Origin: Candidatus Cloacimonadales bacterium
GTDB lineage: Bacteria; Cloacimonadota; Cloacimonadia; Cloacimonadales; DAONDQ01
Reading direction: 5' to 3'
NCBI GenBank assembly: GCA_963662275.1
Contig: OY759316.1
Location: forward strand, 3,776,001 to 3,840,000
Length of the DNA: 64,000 nt
Under the pieces are notes generated by a model, which made no database searches, was not told the DNA's origin, and was given only the letters and a program-made list of their open reading frames with translations. The stretch's first letter is position 1; the number at the start of each line of letters is the position of its first letter. Positions 1 through 12,483 of the stretch are shown piece by piece. The position numbers were made by a program, and so were the translations under genes.

Positions 1-2
1 TT

Positions 3-3000
3 GAGGAACTTGGTCTTCCTAAGGTAGAAGTTCCCAATCTCTTAGCCATGCAGATCGATTCGTTTGATCAGTTTCTGCAGCGTGATATTCACCCGCAAAA
101 AAGAGATGTAGCCGGATTGGAAGCCGTATTTCAATCGATTTTCCCTTTAGTTGATGCGAAAGGCAACTATCTTATGGAATTCCTGGAATATCATGTCCTG
201 AAGGAAAAATACTCGATTGAAGAATGTATTGAGAGAAATCTCACCCATAATGCACCACTAAAAGCTAAAATGAAGCTGACGATCTTTGAGGATAACAATG
301 GTGTTAAAGCACTCAAGGATCAGATTGAACAAGATGTTTTTCTCGGTGAGATTCCATTGATCACTGACCAGGGAACATTTATTATCAATGGTGCTGAAAG
401 AACTATCATCTCCCAGTTGCACCGTTCTCCGGGAGTGTACTTCTCGGAAGAAAAACACCCGAGCGGGAAAATGCTGTATTCAGCCAAGATCATACCTTAC
501 TCAGGTTCTTGGTTAGAATTTACGATTGATATTCATGACGTTATGTACGTCCATATAGATAAGCGTAGAAAACTACCGGTAACGGTCTTACTCCGTGGTA
601 TTGGTATTTCTACAAACAATGATCTACGTGAAACATTCTATAAAAAAGAGAATTTACGACTTACAGAGGCAAAAGGAAAATACCTTTTCGCTGATATTAT
701 AGTAGCCGACAAACCTGATCCAATTGCTTTGGCAAATGAAGAAATAACAGATGAACTGATCAAGATGCTTGTGGCAAATGGTGTTGGTCAAGTCGATATT
801 ATTGCAGAAGAAAGTGATATGCATCGCCGTATTTTGGAAAGAACCATCGAAAAAGATCCTACATTGAATCAGGAAGACGCTGTTAAGAAGATCTATGGTT
901 TGATTCGTCCAGGTGAAGAACCAACTTTTGAAGCTGCGATGACACTCGTGGAAAAAATGTTCTTCAATGAAAAGCGTTACAATCTTGGGAAAGTCGGTCG
1001 TTATAAAATGAACGCTCGTCTGAGTCTTGATACAGATGCAAATACCGTGACCCTGACCCTAACCGATTTCATCTGCATATTCAACACATTGATCAACATC
1101 TTCAGAGATGAGGATGAAGTTGATGATATCGATCATCTTGCTAACCGTCGAATCCGAACCGTTGGTGAATTACTGGAAGAACAATATACTTCAGGTTTGA
1201 ATATGGTTGCCAGGATTGCTCTTGAAAGAATGGCAATTGCCAATTCAGATGAAGTCACTGTGCATGATCTGATTAATAGTAATGCGCTTATCGCTGTAGT
1301 AAATTCATTTTTCCTGACAGGTCAATTATCTCAGTTCATGGAACAGACAAATCCATTGGCTGCGTTGACTCATAAAAGACGATTATCTGCACTAGGACCG
1401 GGTGGTCTGACGCGTGAAAGAGCCGGTTTTGAAGTTCGTGACGTTCATTATTCACATTATGGTCGTATCTGTCCTGTGGAAACTCCTGAAGGTCCGAATA
1501 TCGGTTTGATATCTTCTCCTGCTATTTATTCCAGGATCAATAGTCTCGGTTTTCTAGAAACCCCTTATATCAAGGTATTGAACGGAAAAGTTACTAATGA
1601 AATTGAGTACCTGGATTCTTCCCAGGAAGAGAAATACACGATAGCGCAAGCGAATATCAATATTAATGCAAAGCTGAAGATCATTGATGAATTCATTTTT
1701 GCAAGAAATAAAGGTGAGTTCATCCAAGTCAAACCATCAGAAGTTCAATTCATGGATGTCTCTCCTCAACAAATGGTTTCTGTATCTGCTGCGCTGATTC
1801 CTTTCCTGGAGCATGATGATGCAAACCGTGCTCTTATGGGATCGAATATGCAACGCCAGGCAGTTCCATTATTAAATCCGAAAGCACCAGTTGTTGGAAC
1901 AGGAATGGAGAAGATCGTAGCCAAGGATAGCGGAAGTGTTGCTTTAGCACCATTTGATGCTATTGTCACTATGGTCACTTCATCCTATATTGACTTAAAG
2001 CCAACAAATGAAAAGGATGATGCGATATATCTAGGTGTAAGTAATCGGATACATTTAAAGAAATTTGTGCGCTCCAACCAGGATACTTGCATCACACAAC
2101 GCCCCATAGTCAAAATAGGGGATACAATCAAAAAAGGTGATCCTATTTCTGATGGTCCGTGTATAGAAGGTGATCGCTTAGCGTTAGGAACGAATATGCT
2201 CGTTTCCTTTATGCCCTGGTATGGCTATAATTATGAAGATGCTATTATTTTGAGTGAAAATGTCGCAAGAGAAGATGCCCTCACTTCAATTTATATAGAA
2301 GAACTTGAAGTCCTGGTTCGCAATGTAAAAAACGGTAAGGAAGAATTGGCTTACGATATTCCAAATGTTCCTACCCAGGCATTACGTAATCTCGACAAGA
2401 CAGGTATCGTTCGTACAGGTTCTGTCGTCAAAGCAGGTGATATTATCGTTGGGAAAATCACACCGAAGAGTGTTGAAATTGATCCATCCCCCGAAGAAAA
2501 CCTGATGAGAGCATTATTTGGAGATCGCGCTGGTGATTTTACCAATAGTTCTCTAAAAGCAAAACCCGGTATGGAAGGTGTTGTCATTGATGTAAAAGTT
2601 TTTTCTCGTCTTGAAGATTCATCTGATTTCGAAGAAGATCATAAGGATCAATTGAATCAGATGAAATCAGATCTTAATGATCGCAAGAAGAGAATAGAAG
2701 ATTATAAAGAAGAGAAATTGATATCCTATTTAGTTGGTCAAAAAGCTAAGAATATCCAGGATGAAAAAACTGGAATGTTCTTTATTCCGACTGGCAAGAA
2801 GATTAATGCAGAAGATATCAAACATGTAAACTTCAAAAGATTGAATCTTGATGTTGAATTGGTTGAAGATGTAAATACCAACCGTATGATATACCAGGAT
2901 GTAGTTCTGAAAGTCAGGGCTGCAATTGAAGAAAGTGAAAATGTATATAAGAAATCAAAAGATCGTATGAAACATGGAGATGAGCTTCCATATGGTGTTC

Positions 3001-3737
3001 GTAAGATGGTAAAGGTGTATATTGCGAAGAAACGGAAGATCCAAGTCGGTGATAAGATGGCTGGTCGACACGGTAACAAGGGTGTGATATCTATTGTTGC
3101 TCCGATCGAAGACATGCCATTTCTTGAAGACGGGACATCCGTAGATATCGTATTAAATCCTCTTGGTGTTCCATCTCGTATGAATATCGGTCAAATTATG
3201 GAAACACATCTGGGTATGGCAGCACGTTTATTGGGTTTTGATGTCGAAACTCCTATATTCGATGGTGCGACCATTCATGATATTCGCGATGAATTAAAGT
3301 CTGCTAACCTTCCACTTGATGGAAAGCAAGTACTCTACGATGGTAAGACCGGACAACCCTTTAAGGAACGAGTGACTGTGGGTGTTATCTACATGCTCAA
3401 ACTGAACCATCTTGTCGCTGATAAGATGCATGCACGTTCAACAGGACCGTACTCCCTGATCACGCAACAGCCCCTTGGTGGTAAAGCACAACATGGTGGT
3501 CAACGTTTAGGAGAAATGGAAGTCTGGGCTTTAGAAGCATATGGTGCAGCACATCTTCTGGAAGAAATGCTGACAATTAAATCCGACGATGTCGATGGCA
3601 GAACGAATACCTATAAAGCCATTACGAGCGGTATGAATCCGCCTCCGCCGGGCGTTCCGGAATCATTCAATGTCTTGATAAGTGAACTCAAATCTCTTGG
3701 TTTTGATATTGAGTTTATTCGGGACGAGGAAAACTAA
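3..3737 (+). CDS. rpoB: DNA-directed RNA polymerase subunit beta (5' truncated by window)
   Basis: Motifs GDKMAGRHGNKG, ETPEGPNIGL, GQRLGEMEVWAL; frame is open from base 3 (EELGLPKVEVPNLLAMQ), so the true start lies upstream of the window. Confidence 0.99.
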   Translation, partial: EELGLPKVEVPNLLAMQIDSFDQFLQRDIHPQKRDVAGLEAVFQSIFPLVDAKGNYLMEFLEYHVLKEKYSIEECIERNLTHNAPLKAKMKLTIFEDNNGVKALKDQIEQDVFLGEIPLITDQGTFIINGAERTIISQLHRSPGVYFSEEKHPSGKMLYSAKIIPYSGSWLEFTIDIHDVMYVHIDKRRKLPVTVLLRGIGISTNNDLRETFYKKENLRLTEAKGKYLFADIIVADKPDPIALANEEITDELIKMLVANGVGQVDIIAEESDMHRRILERTIEKDPTLNQEDAVKKIYGLIRPGEEPTFEAAMTLVEKMFFNEKRYNLGKVGRYKMNARLSLDTDANTVTLTLTDFICIFNTLINIFRDEDEVDDIDHLANRRIRTVGELLEEQYTSGLNMVARIALERMAIANSDEVTVHDLINSNALIAVVNSFFLTGQLSQFMEQTNPLAALTHKRRLSALGPGGLTRERAGFEVRDVHYSHYGRICPVETPEGPNIGLISSPAIYSRINSLGFLETPYIKVLNGKVTNEIEYLDSSQEEKYTIAQANININAKLKIIDEFIFARNKGEFIQVKPSEVQFMDVSPQQMVSVSAALIPFLEHDDANRALMGSNMQRQAVPLLNPKAPVVGTGMEKIVAKDSGSVALAPFDAIVTMVTSSYIDLKPTNEKDDAIYLGVSNRIHLKKFVRSNQDTCITQRPIVKIGDTIKKGDPISDGPCIEGDRLALGTNMLVSFMPWYGYNYEDAIILSENVAREDALTSIYIEELEVLVRNVKNGKEELAYDIPNVPTQALRNLDKTGIVRTGSVVKAGDIIVGKITPKSVEIDPSPEENLMRALFGDRAGDFTNSSLKAKPGMEGVVIDVKVFSRLEDSSDFEEDHKDQLNQMKSDLNDRKKRIEDYKEEKLISYLVGQKAKNIQDEKTGMFFIPTGKKINAEDIKHVNFKRLNLDVELVEDVNTNRMIYQDVVLKVRAAIEESENVYKKSKDRMKHGDELPYGVRKMVKVYIAKKRKIQVGDKMAGRHGNKGVISIVAPIEDMPFLEDGTSVDIVLNPLGVPSRMNIGQIMETHLGMAARLLGFDVETPIFDGATIHDIRDELKSANLPLDGKQVLYDGKTGQPFKERVTVGVIYMLKLNHLVADKMHARSTGPYSLITQQPLGGKAQHGGQRLGEMEVWALEAYGAAHLLEEMLTIKSDDVDGRTNTYKAITSGMNPPPPGVPESFNVLISELKSLGFDIEFIRDEEN

Positions 3738-3751
3738 ACGGAGGGAGTCTA

Positions 3752-6700
3752 GTGATTAGAGAACTAAAACGCGAAAAAAAGATAGAAAGCTACGATGCCG
3801 TAACCATTAAGATTGCTTCTCCTGAAGCAATTCGTTCCTGGTCTTATGGTGAAGTAACAAAACCTGATACATTGAATTATCGTACATTGAAGCCCGAAAA
3901 AGACGGACTATTCTGTGAAAGAATCTTTGGACCGGAACGTGACTATGAATGTGCGTGCGGTAAATATAAGAAAAAACGCTTTCAGAATACAGTTTGCGAT
4001 CGATGCGGTGTAGAAGTTACAACTTCCAGGGTAAGACGTACCCGGATGGGACATTTGGAACTTGCCGTTCCCGTTGCTCACATCTGGTTTATCAAGAGTG
4101 CCCCAAGTAAAATAGGTACATTGTTAGACATGACGATACGTAAACTCGAACGGATTCTCTACTATGAATCCTATATTGTCATGGATCCTGGTGATAGCCA
4201 ATATGAAAAAGGTGATTTGATCGATACCGATGAATACTATGAAATTCGAGATCAAGTAGGAGAGAATTTTGTAGCGATGATGGGTGCTGAGGCAGTCAAA
4301 CTACTTCTTGAAGAGCTTGATCTTGATGCGGAGGCAATGAATCTTCGTGCTATGATCAAAATGGAGACTTCTGCTCTCAAGAAACAGAAAGCCATAAAAA
4401 AGCTAAAAATTGTTGATGCTTTCCGTAAATCAGCGAATCGTCCTGAATGGATGATCATGGAAGTTCTGCCAGTGTTACCACCTACTCTCAGACCCTTGGT
4501 ACCACTAGAAGGCGGAAGGTTTGCGACGGCTGACTTCAACGATCTTTATCGTCGTGTGATCACACGAAATAATCGTTTAAAACAACTCCTTGAAATTCGA
4601 GCACCTGAAGTTATTTTACGTAATGAAAAGCGAATGCTCCAGGAAGCTGTAGATGCTCTAATAGATAATTCACGTAAAACACGTCCCGTCAAAGGACGTG
4701 GTAATAGAGCTTTGAAATCCTTAACGGATCAATTAAAGGGAAAACAAGGTCGCTTCCGTCAAAATCTTCTTGGTAAGCGTGTAGATTATTCAGGTCGTTC
4801 AGTAATTACAGTTGGTCCTGAATTAAAAATATACCAATGCGGTCTTCCAAAAGAAATGGCAGTAGAATTGTTCAAACCTTTCATTATTGAACGTTTGGAA
4901 AAGCTGGGAGAAGCTGAAAAGACTAAAACTGCTAAAAAGATGGTTGAAAAGAAACAACCTCAAATCTGGAAGATATTGGAAGAAGTAATCCAGGATTATC
5001 CGGTTTTATTGAATCGTGCTCCTACGTTGCATAGGCTTGGTATCCAAGCATTTATCCCAGTATTGACAGAGAATAAGGCAATCCAGTTACATCCTATGGT
5101 TTGTATTCCATTCAATGCTGACTTTGATGGTGATCAGATGGCTATTTATGTACCTCTTTCTCAAGAGGCACAAATTGAAGCTAGATTACTGATGTTATCC
5201 TCACGTAATCTTTTATTACCAGCGAATGGTACTTTAGCCATGGCTGCAAACCAGGATATTGTACTTGGATGTTACTATTTGACGATGTTAGCGACACCGG
5301 AGCCTGGGAATGAAGAAAGGATTTCTTATTTCCATTCTTTCGATGAAGTTATGATGGCATATGAACATGATGAAATGCTCTATTGTACAAAAGGTGAATC
5401 TCATGGGAAAAGATCATTGGATATTCACTCCTGGATTCGTGTTCGTATTAAGAAAGATATCATCCTGACAACTGTGGGGAGAGTACTTTTCAATCAGATT
5501 CTTCCTGTGGAATTACCATTCCAGAATATCGTATTTGATAAAGGTAAATTGAATGATTTAGCGATGCAATGTTTCGATATTGTAGGACAATGGCGTACAT
5601 CCCAATTCTTGGATGATCTGAAGAATCTTGGCTTTAGATATGCCACTCGTGCAGGGGTTACTTTCAGCTTTAGTGACATTGTTGTTCCTTCTGATAAGGA
5701 AAAAATCATTAGTGTTACAGAGACTGCTATCGAGAAAATTCTGGATACCTTCTATAAAGGTGCCATTACAGAAAATGAACGATTCAATCGAGTTGTCGAT
5801 AAATGGAAAATTACTACCGAACATGTTACAGATTCTTTAATGAAGGAACTAGCAGACGATAAAAACGGATTTAATTCCATTTATATGATGTATAAATCTG
5901 GTGCAAGAGGTAGTAAAGACCAAATCAAACAGCTAGGTGGAATGCGTGGCTTGATGGATAAACCTACCAAGAGCACAGCCGGTTCCGTTGATGTTATTGA
6001 AACTCCGATCAAATCAAACTTTAAAGAAGGTTTGACCGTTCTGGAGTATTTCATTTCCACTCACGGTGCTCGTAAAGGTCTTGCAGATACAGCTTTAAAA
6101 ACAGCAGATGCAGGATATCTCACCCGTCGTCTGGTTGATGTTGCTCAGAATGCAATTATTTCAATGGATGATTGCGGTACTATCGAAGGTGTTGAAATGA
6201 CAGCACTGAAAGAAGGTATGGAAGATGTTCAGAGCTTAGCAGAACGCATCCAGGGAAGAACTGCTGCTGAAGATATTCTTGATCCAGTTACAGGGAAAGT
6301 ACTTGTCTCAAGTACGGAAGAAATATCGAATAAAATGGCTCATACGATCCAAAATCATGGTATCATCAGCGTCAGAGTTCGTTCAGCTCTTACTTGTGAA
6401 GCTGAAAAAGGCATCTGCGTGAAATGTTATGGTCGTAATTTAGCTACTCAGAAAGCTGTTACTGCCGGTGAACCTGTTGGTATCATTGCTGCCCAGAGTA
6501 TTGGTGAGCCAGGAACCCAGTTGACTTTACGTACATTCCATATTGGTGGAGCTTCAAGTACGGATGTTGAAGTAGCAGAAGTAATATCTAATTTTGATGG
6601 GAAAGTAGTATTTGATAAAATGAATATGGTGAAGAATAAGCACGGAGCATGGATATCCGTCAGTCATTTTGGCAAAATCCTGATCGTAGACGAAAAGGAT

Positions 6701-8233
6701 GAAAACACAGCCTTGGAAGAGTATAAGGTAGAATACGCGGCAACCGTATATGTCCAGGAAGGTCAAATATTGGCAAAGGATACGAAGCTTTTTAGCTGGG
6801 ATCAATACAATAATCCGTTGATTTCGACTGCAAAGGGTGTTCTGCATTATGAAAACTTCATCAAAGATCTGACATATAAGGAAGAATTTAACGAACTAAC
6901 CGGTTCTCGGGAAATCACAATTATTGAATCAAAAGATCGTAAAATTCAACCTCAAGTCAAGATTGTGGATGATGACGGCTCAAAAGTTCTTGTACCCCTA
7001 CCTACAAGTTTGAGTGTCAAAGTCGAAAACGGCGCATATGTATATCCAGGTGATAAGCTTGGTGAAACATCGCGTATCACGATCAAACAGCGAGATATCA
7101 CTGGTGGATTACCTCGTGTACAGGATCTCTTTGAAGCTCGTGTACCAAAGGAAAAAGCTGTAATATCTGAAATCGATGGACAAGTTACGATTGGTGGGCT
7201 GAAAAAGACAGGACGCGATATCTTCGTTACTCCTGAAAATGGTATTTTCAGTAATACCGATGGAACGGTTCTTCTTAGAGATAACAAAGATGGCAGCAAG
7301 GAAATTGTCGTACTTCCTGCAAAAGCTGTCAGCGCTCCCAGGGATGGGAAAGTGGTTGTCGGTGAGAAAACAAAGAAAGGTACAGAAATCACTATAACCG
7401 GTAAGACTGGTAAAGATGAGCAGGTTATGATTCCAAGCGAGTTTTCTGTATTGGTATCGCAAGGTGAAAATGTGAAAACAAATGCACCTTTAGCCGGAAC
7501 CATTCATAAATTACCGGAAGAACAGGAATCCATCTACTCGGCAAACGATGTAGTCAAAGTAGGACAACCATTGGCTGGACGTAAGTACACGATTCAGTCG
7601 GGAAAACGTATCATCGTACATCAGGGTGAAATGGTTGACAGTGGAGATGCCATCTCCGACGGCCCGCTGGATCCACATGATGTATTGAAAGTGAAAGGTA
7701 TCAAAGCTGCACAGATGCTTATCCTGAATGAAATCCAGGAAATTTACCGGAAACAGGGTGTGAAGATTGATGATAAACATGTCAGCGTAATTATTCGCCA
7801 GATGTTTAAAAAAGTTCGCATTCTTGATCCGGGGCATACGATGTTCCTGGAAGGTGAAGTTGTAGATAAGATAACAGTGATGAGAGAAAATCGGAGATTA
7901 GAAGAAAAAGGTGGTGAAGGTGCCACGTTTGAACAGTTATTACTTGGTATAACCAAAACTTCCTTGCTGACTGAAAGCTGGCTATCAGCAGCCTCATTCC
8001 AGGAAACAACCAAAGTGCTCACTTCTGCATCCATAGAAGGAAAAGTCGATCACTTAGAAGGTCTCAAGGAGAGTATTATTCTTGGACATAGAGTACCTGT
8101 CGGTACTGGTTCAAAGTATTATACCAATTTAATTAAGAAGGCTGTGAATGAAGGTAAGGCAGTATCAGAAATTGTCGAAGAAATTGCCCATTCCAGTCAG
8201 AAAGATGACTTGGACATATTCCAAGATTTTTAA
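3752..8233 (+). CDS. rpoC: DNA-directed RNA polymerase subunit beta-prime
   Basis: [10 protein letters not shown] catalytic motif, N-terminal Zn finger, [11 protein letters not shown] start after GGAGG. Confidence 0.99.
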   Translation: MIRELKREKKIESYDAVTIKIASPEAIRSWSYGEVTKPDTLNYRTLKPEKDGLFCERIFGPERDYECACGKYKKKRFQNTVCDRCGVEVTTSRVRRTRMGHLELAVPVAHIWFIKSAPSKIGTLLDMTIRKLERILYYESYIVMDPGDSQYEKGDLIDTDEYYEIRDQVGENFVAMMGAEAVKLLLEELDLDAEAMNLRAMIKMETSALKKQKAIKKLKIVDAFRKSANRPEWMIMEVLPVLPPTLRPLVPLEGGRFATADFNDLYRRVITRNNRLKQLLEIRAPEVILRNEKRMLQEAVDALIDNSRKTRPVKGRGNRALKSLTDQLKGKQGRFRQNLLGKRVDYSGRSVITVGPELKIYQCGLPKEMAVELFKPFIIERLEKLGEAEKTKTAKKMVEKKQPQIWKILEEVIQDYPVLLNRAPTLHRLGIQAFIPVLTENKAIQLHPMVCIPFNADFDGDQMAIYVPLSQEAQIEARLLMLSSRNLLLPANGTLAMAANQDIVLGCYYLTMLATPEPGNEERISYFHSFDEVMMAYEHDEMLYCTKGESHGKRSLDIHSWIRVRIKKDIILTTVGRVLFNQILPVELPFQNIVFDKGKLNDLAMQCFDIVGQWRTSQFLDDLKNLGFRYATRAGVTFSFSDIVVPSDKEKIISVTETAIEKILDTFYKGAITENERFNRVVDKWKITTEHVTDSLMKELADDKNGFNSIYMMYKSGARGSKDQIKQLGGMRGLMDKPTKSTAGSVDVIETPIKSNFKEGLTVLEYFISTHGARKGLADTALKTADAGYLTRRLVDVAQNAIISMDDCGTIEGVEMTALKEGMEDVQSLAERIQGRTAAEDILDPVTGKVLVSSTEEISNKMAHTIQNHGIISVRVRSALTCEAEKGICVKCYGRNLATQKAVTAGEPVGIIAAQSIGEPGTQLTLRTFHIGGASSTDVEVAEVISNFDGKVVFDKMNMVKNKHGAWISVSHFGKILIVDEKDENTALEEYKVEYAATVYVQEGQILAKDTKLFSWDQYNNPLISTAKGVLHYENFIKDLTYKEEFNELTGSREITIIESKDRKIQPQVKIVDDDGSKVLVPLPTSLSVKVENGAYVYPGDKLGETSRITIKQRDITGGLPRVQDLFEARVPKEKAVISEIDGQVTIGGLKKTGRDIFVTPENGIFSNTDGTVLLRDNKDGSKEIVVLPAKAVSAPRDGKVVVGEKTKKGTEITITGKTGKDEQVMIPSEFSVLVSQGENVKTNAPLAGTIHKLPEEQESIYSANDVVKVGQPLAGRKYTIQSGKRIIVHQGEMVDSGDAISDGPLDPHDVLKVKGIKAAQMLILNEIQEIYRKQGVKIDDKHVSVIIRQMFKKVRILDPGHTMFLEGEVVDKITVMRENRRLEEKGGEGATFEQLLLGITKTSLLTESWLSAASFQETTKVLTSASIEGKVDHLEGLKESIILGHRVPVGTGSKYYTNLIKKAVNEGKAVSEIVEEIAHSSQKDDLDIFQDF

Positions 8234-8247
8234 TTTGGAGGTTAAGA

Positions 8248-8625
8248 GTGCCAACCATAAACCAATTGGTTAGAAAAGGTCGTTCTCTCGTAGAGAAAAA
8301 GAAAAAGAACAGAGCCTTGATGGCTTGTCCACAAAGACGTGGTGTATGCACCAGGGTTTATACAACAACGCCGAAGAAACCTAATTCAGCGTTACGTAAA
8401 GTAGCCAGGGTTCGTTTAACGAACGGTTTTGAAGTAACTGCTTATATTCCTGGAGAAGGTCACAATCTACAGGAACACTCGATTGTTCTTGTACGTGGTG
8501 GTCGTGTAAAAGATCTTCCGGGTGTACGTTATCACATCATTCGCGGAGCCTTGGATTGTGCCGGTGTGGAAAAAAGATTGAATTCCCGTTCCAAGTATGG
8601 AACTAAACGGCCTAAGAAGAAATAA
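8248..8625 (+). CDS. rpsL: 30S ribosomal protein S12
   Basis: [32 protein letters not shown]. Confidence 0.99.
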   Translation: MPTINQLVRKGRSLVEKKKKNRALMACPQRRGVCTRVYTTTPKKPNSALRKVARVRLTNGFEVTAYIPGEGHNLQEHSIVLVRGGRVKDLPGVRYHIIRGALDCAGVEKRLNSRSKYGTKRPKKK

Positions 8626-8637
8626 AGGGAGAATGAT

Positions 8638-9108
8638 ATGCCAAGAAAGCGTAAAGCTGTTGTTCGGGAAATATTACCCGATCCCAAATATAATGATGTT
8701 ATCCTTAGCCGTTTTATCAACTGCGTCATGAAATGCGGTAAAAAAAGCGTTGCTGAACATATTGTCTATCGTGCATTTGATGTTATTGCTGAAAAAACAA
8801 AAGCTGACCCCCTTGAAGTATTCCGGGTTGCTCTGGATAACGTACGTCCAGTTGTTAAAGTCGTTTCACGTCGTGTTGGTGGATCCAACTATCAAATTCC
8901 TTTAGAAGTAAATGAAAAAAATGGTCGTGCACTTGCTTTCAGATGGATCATTAGTTATGCAAGAGGCCGTTCAGAAAAGACCATGAGTGATAAACTTGCA
9001 GCTGAATTATTAGCAGCATATCGAAAAGAAGGTTCCAGCGTAAAAAAACGTGAAGATACACATAAGATGGCAGATGCCAATAAGGCTTTTGCTCATCTGC
9101 GTTGGTAA
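8638..9108 (+). CDS. rpsG: 30S ribosomal protein S7
   Basis: MPRK..., [24 protein letters not shown]. Confidence 0.99.
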   Translation: MPRKRKAVVREILPDPKYNDVILSRFINCVMKCGKKSVAEHIVYRAFDVIAEKTKADPLEVFRVALDNVRPVVKVVSRRVGGSNYQIPLEVNEKNGRALAFRWIISYARGRSEKTMSDKLAAELLAAYRKEGSSVKKREDTHKMADANKAFAHLRW

Positions 9109-9122
9109 CTGCTACAAATAAA

Positions 9123-11219
9123 ATGACTGATTTTGATCTGTCCACGATCCGTAATATTGGGATCATGGCACATATTGATGCCGGTAAAACTACAACAACT
9201 GAAAGGATGTTGTATTATACCGGCTTTCTTCATAAGATGGGTGAAGTGCATGATGGGAATACTTTTACTGATTGGATGGAACAGGAGCGAGAAAGAGGTA
9301 TAACAATTACATCTGCCACTGTTACTTGCTACTGGAAACGACATCAGATCAATATTATCGATACTCCTGGTCATGTTGATTTTACGGCTGAAGTAGAACG
9401 TTCTCTTCGTATCCTGGACGGTGCAATTGGTATCTTCTGTGGTGTGGGAGGTGTTGAACCTCAATCGGAAACAGTATGGCACCAGGCAGATAGATACAAA
9501 ATTCCTCGTCTGGCATTCATTAATAAACTTGATCGGGTAGGATCAGATTTCGACCATGTTGTGGAGATGATCCAGGATCGTTTGACCAGATATGCCTTAC
9601 CTGTTCAACTACCCATTGGTAAGGAAGAGAAGTTTCTTGGTATCATTGATTTGATTTCGATGCAAGCGTATTATTATGATCAAAATACGCTTGGTTTTAC
9701 TTTTAGAACTGAATCCATTCCAGAGGATTTGCTTGGACAAGCTGAACAAGCTCGTGAATTATTGATTGAATGTGTATCAGAATTCAACGATGAGTTATTG
9801 AGCCTATATATTGAAGGTGACGAAATACCGGAAGAGCTTATCAGAATTGCCATCAGAAAAGGGACAATTGATAATCTTTTTGTCCCTGTCTTATGTGGAA
9901 GTTCCCTGAAGAATATCGGGGTTCAGCTATTGATAGATGCAATTATTTCCTTTTTACCATCTCCCCTTGATATGGGAAGTGTAACGGGTTATGAAAAAGT
10001 AACTCATGAAGAAATCAAGGTTTTTCCTGATCCTTCAGAAAAATTTGCAGCTCTTGCTTTCAAAGTTCAAATCGATAAATTTGTGGGAAAACTGATCTAT
10101 ATCAGAGTTTATTCCGGTTCTATCAAAAAAGGAGAATCCTTTTGGAACCATACAAATGATAAAAGAGAAAGAGTTGCACGAATTCTTCAGATGCATTCAA
10201 ATAAAAAGAACGATATTGAGGAATTACATGCAGGAGATATAGGAGCATTAGTAGGTCCAAAATTCACAATTACAGGAGATACTATTACTTCTCCCGATTT
10301 ACCTCTTCTTTTATCAAAAATGAATTTCCCTGATGCCGTAATCTCTATTGCGATTGAACCTAAAACCAAAGCTGACTTGGAAGTTCTAACCGAAGCTCTT
10401 ACCAGATTTGAAGAAGAAGATCCTACTTTTCATGTTCACCAGGATAGTGATACTGGTCAGACTTTGTTATCTGGAATGGGTGAGCTGCATCTTGAAATTA
10501 TTATCGACAGGCTGATGAGAGAATTCAATGTTAAACCAAATGTGGGTAAACCACAGGTGGCTTATAAAGAAACTATTACGACTACTGCCGTCATGGAAGA
10601 ACAGTTTGTTAGAGAAGTGAATGGAAAGGGTAATTTTGCAGGAGTTAAGTTAAGAATTACTCCTCTTCGTGAAAATCAATTACGAGATGAAAAGCGTAAC
10701 CTTTTTGAAAATCTGATTGATAGTTCCATTATTCCAGAAGAATTCTGGACAGCAATTGAAGAAAGTGTTATCAATGCACTCAATGATGGACCACTAATCA
10801 ATAGCACTGTTGAGCGAGTAAAAGTCTCCCTGATTGGTGGTATGTTCAATCCTGTCGAATCAACAGAAGCTGCGTTTCGTATTGCTACATCAATGTGTGT
10901 GGGTAAAGCACTAAGAGAAGCGAATCCTGCAATTATGGAACCAATTATGCTTCTTACGGTTATTACACATGAGGACTTTGTTGGGGACGTGATTTCTGAT
11001 ATAAATTCTAAACGTGGGAAAATCGATATTATCCGTATTCAGAATGAGCACTTGCAGGAAATTGTTGCTGAAGTACCCATGAGTGAACTGTTTGGTTATG
11101 CAACTCGTGTCCGTTCCATAAGCCAGGGTAGAGTTGTGTATACCCTTGAATTCAAGAAATATGAAATAGTTCCTTTGGCTGTGCAGTTGAATATCTTGAA
11201 GCGCATCCGGGGCTATTAG
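9123..11219 (+). CDS. fusA: Elongation factor G (divergent domain IV)
   Basis: [31 protein letters not shown]; position after rpsG; ATG at 9123 preferred over the overlapping TTG at 9102. Confidence 0.95.
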   Translation: MTDFDLSTIRNIGIMAHIDAGKTTTTERMLYYTGFLHKMGEVHDGNTFTDWMEQERERGITITSATVTCYWKRHQINIIDTPGHVDFTAEVERSLRILDGAIGIFCGVGGVEPQSETVWHQADRYKIPRLAFINKLDRVGSDFDHVVEMIQDRLTRYALPVQLPIGKEEKFLGIIDLISMQAYYYDQNTLGFTFRTESIPEDLLGQAEQARELLIECVSEFNDELLSLYIEGDEIPEELIRIAIRKGTIDNLFVPVLCGSSLKNIGVQLLIDAIISFLPSPLDMGSVTGYEKVTHEEIKVFPDPSEKFAALAFKVQIDKFVGKLIYIRVYSGSIKKGESFWNHTNDKRERVARILQMHSNKKNDIEELHAGDIGALVGPKFTITGDTITSPDLPLLLSKMNFPDAVISIAIEPKTKADLEVLTEALTRFEEEDPTFHVHQDSDTGQTLLSGMGELHLEIIIDRLMREFNVKPNVGKPQVAYKETITTTAVMEEQFVREVNGKGNFAGVKLRITPLRENQLRDEKRNLFENLIDSSIIPEEFWTAIEESVINALNDGPLINSTVERVKVSLIGGMFNPVESTEAAFRIATSMCVGKALREANPAIMEPIMLLTVITHEDFVGDVISDINSKRGKIDIIRIQNEHLQEIVAEVPMSELFGYATRVRSISQGRVVYTLEFKKYEIVPLAVQLNILKRIRGY

Positions 11220-11239
11220 ATTAATCAAAGGATGGAAAC

Positions 11240-11545
11240 ATGGAAATTCTTACTAAATATGTAGAAAAGACAGCTCAGATGAAAGTTGATGGAATCATCA
11301 ATAGCGAAAATGCATATGTATTTCAAGATGAGTTACAAAAAGTTTTGAAAAGCGATGCCTTAGTTCTAGAGCTTGATCTTTCAGAGTGCAGAAATATCAG
11401 TAGTACTGGAATTGGTCGTTTACTTTTATTTTATAAAGAGTTTATGACCCGAAGCGGTGAAATTGAAATTGTGAAATGCTCACCGACAATTTATGAACTG
11501 TTTACCATGATTAAGTTGAATCAATTGTTTTCTGTCAACCTGTAA
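11240..11545 (+). CDS. STAS-domain anti-sigma factor antagonist
   Basis: 101 aa, LDLSECRNISSTGIG resembles the D-x-S-x-x-x-x-I-x-S-S/T-G STAS motif. Confidence 0.8.
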   Translation: MEILTKYVEKTAQMKVDGIINSENAYVFQDELQKVLKSDALVLELDLSECRNISSTGIGRLLLFYKEFMTRSGEIEIVKCSPTIYELFTMIKLNQLFSVNL

Positions 11546-12483
11546 TGAAAGGAAATCAGTTATCGATATTACTGGTTGATGATGAAGAACAGATACTGAC
11601 CTATTTACAAATTCTCCTTGAATTATCCGATTACAAGGTAAGTATTGCTTGTAATGGGACGGATGCATTAATAAAAATCCATCAGAACAATTATGATATC
11701 GTTATCACAGATATCGAAATGCCGCAAATGGATGGTTTAGAACTACTTGCAAGAATCAGAAAAACAGTGGATTATTCATTACCTGTTATTCTTATGACTG
11801 GATTTATTGATGCAGAATATACCATTAAAGCTATACGTCTTGGCGCTTCTGATTTTATTCGAAAACCAGTGGATAAAAAACTACTTCTAAAAACTGTGAA
11901 CAGCCTCATAACAGGCAGTAAAATAACGCAACAAATTCAAACTATGTCACACCAGTTATTATCTGCAGATATGGAATTTCAGTTCTTGCCCATCCATTTT
12001 CTGGAGACAGATATCACTGCCGCTTTAACAGTCTTGTTTAAACAATATTTTGAACTCAACTCTTGCTTCGTCAATGAAATCACCCTATGTCTGGAAGAAA
12101 TGTTGAATAATGCATTTATTCATGGAACGCTTAAACTGGAAGAACAAACACGCCAGTTGGATTATTTAAACTACATTGGGCACGTTAAGAAAATAATTAC
12201 GAATCATGAAGTCTCTTCAAAGAAAATTATCCTGCAGGCAAAGCTGAATAAGCAGGAAAAATTTCTCCAACTGTCTGTAACTGATGAAGGCAATGGATTT
12301 GATTTTAATCCTTGGCTAAATCTTTCTGAGTATGATCTGCATCAGAACTTAACTAATCATGGTAGAGGAATTGCCTTAATCAGGTTATTAGCGGATGACA
12401 TTCAATTTCTCAATGAAGGAAGAACGATTATTATTCGAAAGAAGTTTGACAATGCCAACCTGGAATTATCTGAGATTAGGTGA
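11545..12483 (+). CDS. Response regulator receiver fused to RsbW-like HATPase domain
   Basis: N-terminal ILLVDDE...DIEMPQMDG...KP receiver; C-terminal EMLNNAFIHG, DEGNGFD, HGRGIALI ATPase boxes. Confidence 0.85.
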   Translation: MKGNQLSILLVDDEEQILTYLQILLELSDYKVSIACNGTDALIKIHQNNYDIVITDIEMPQMDGLELLARIRKTVDYSLPVILMTGFIDAEYTIKAIRLGASDFIRKPVDKKLLLKTVNSLITGSKITQQIQTMSHQLLSADMEFQFLPIHFLETDITAALTVLFKQYFELNSCFVNEITLCLEEMLNNAFIHGTLKLEEQTRQLDYLNYIGHVKKIITNHEVSSKKIILQAKLNKQEKFLQLSVTDEGNGFDFNPWLNLSEYDLHQNLTNHGRGIALIRLLADDIQFLNEGRTIIIRKKFDNANLELSEIR

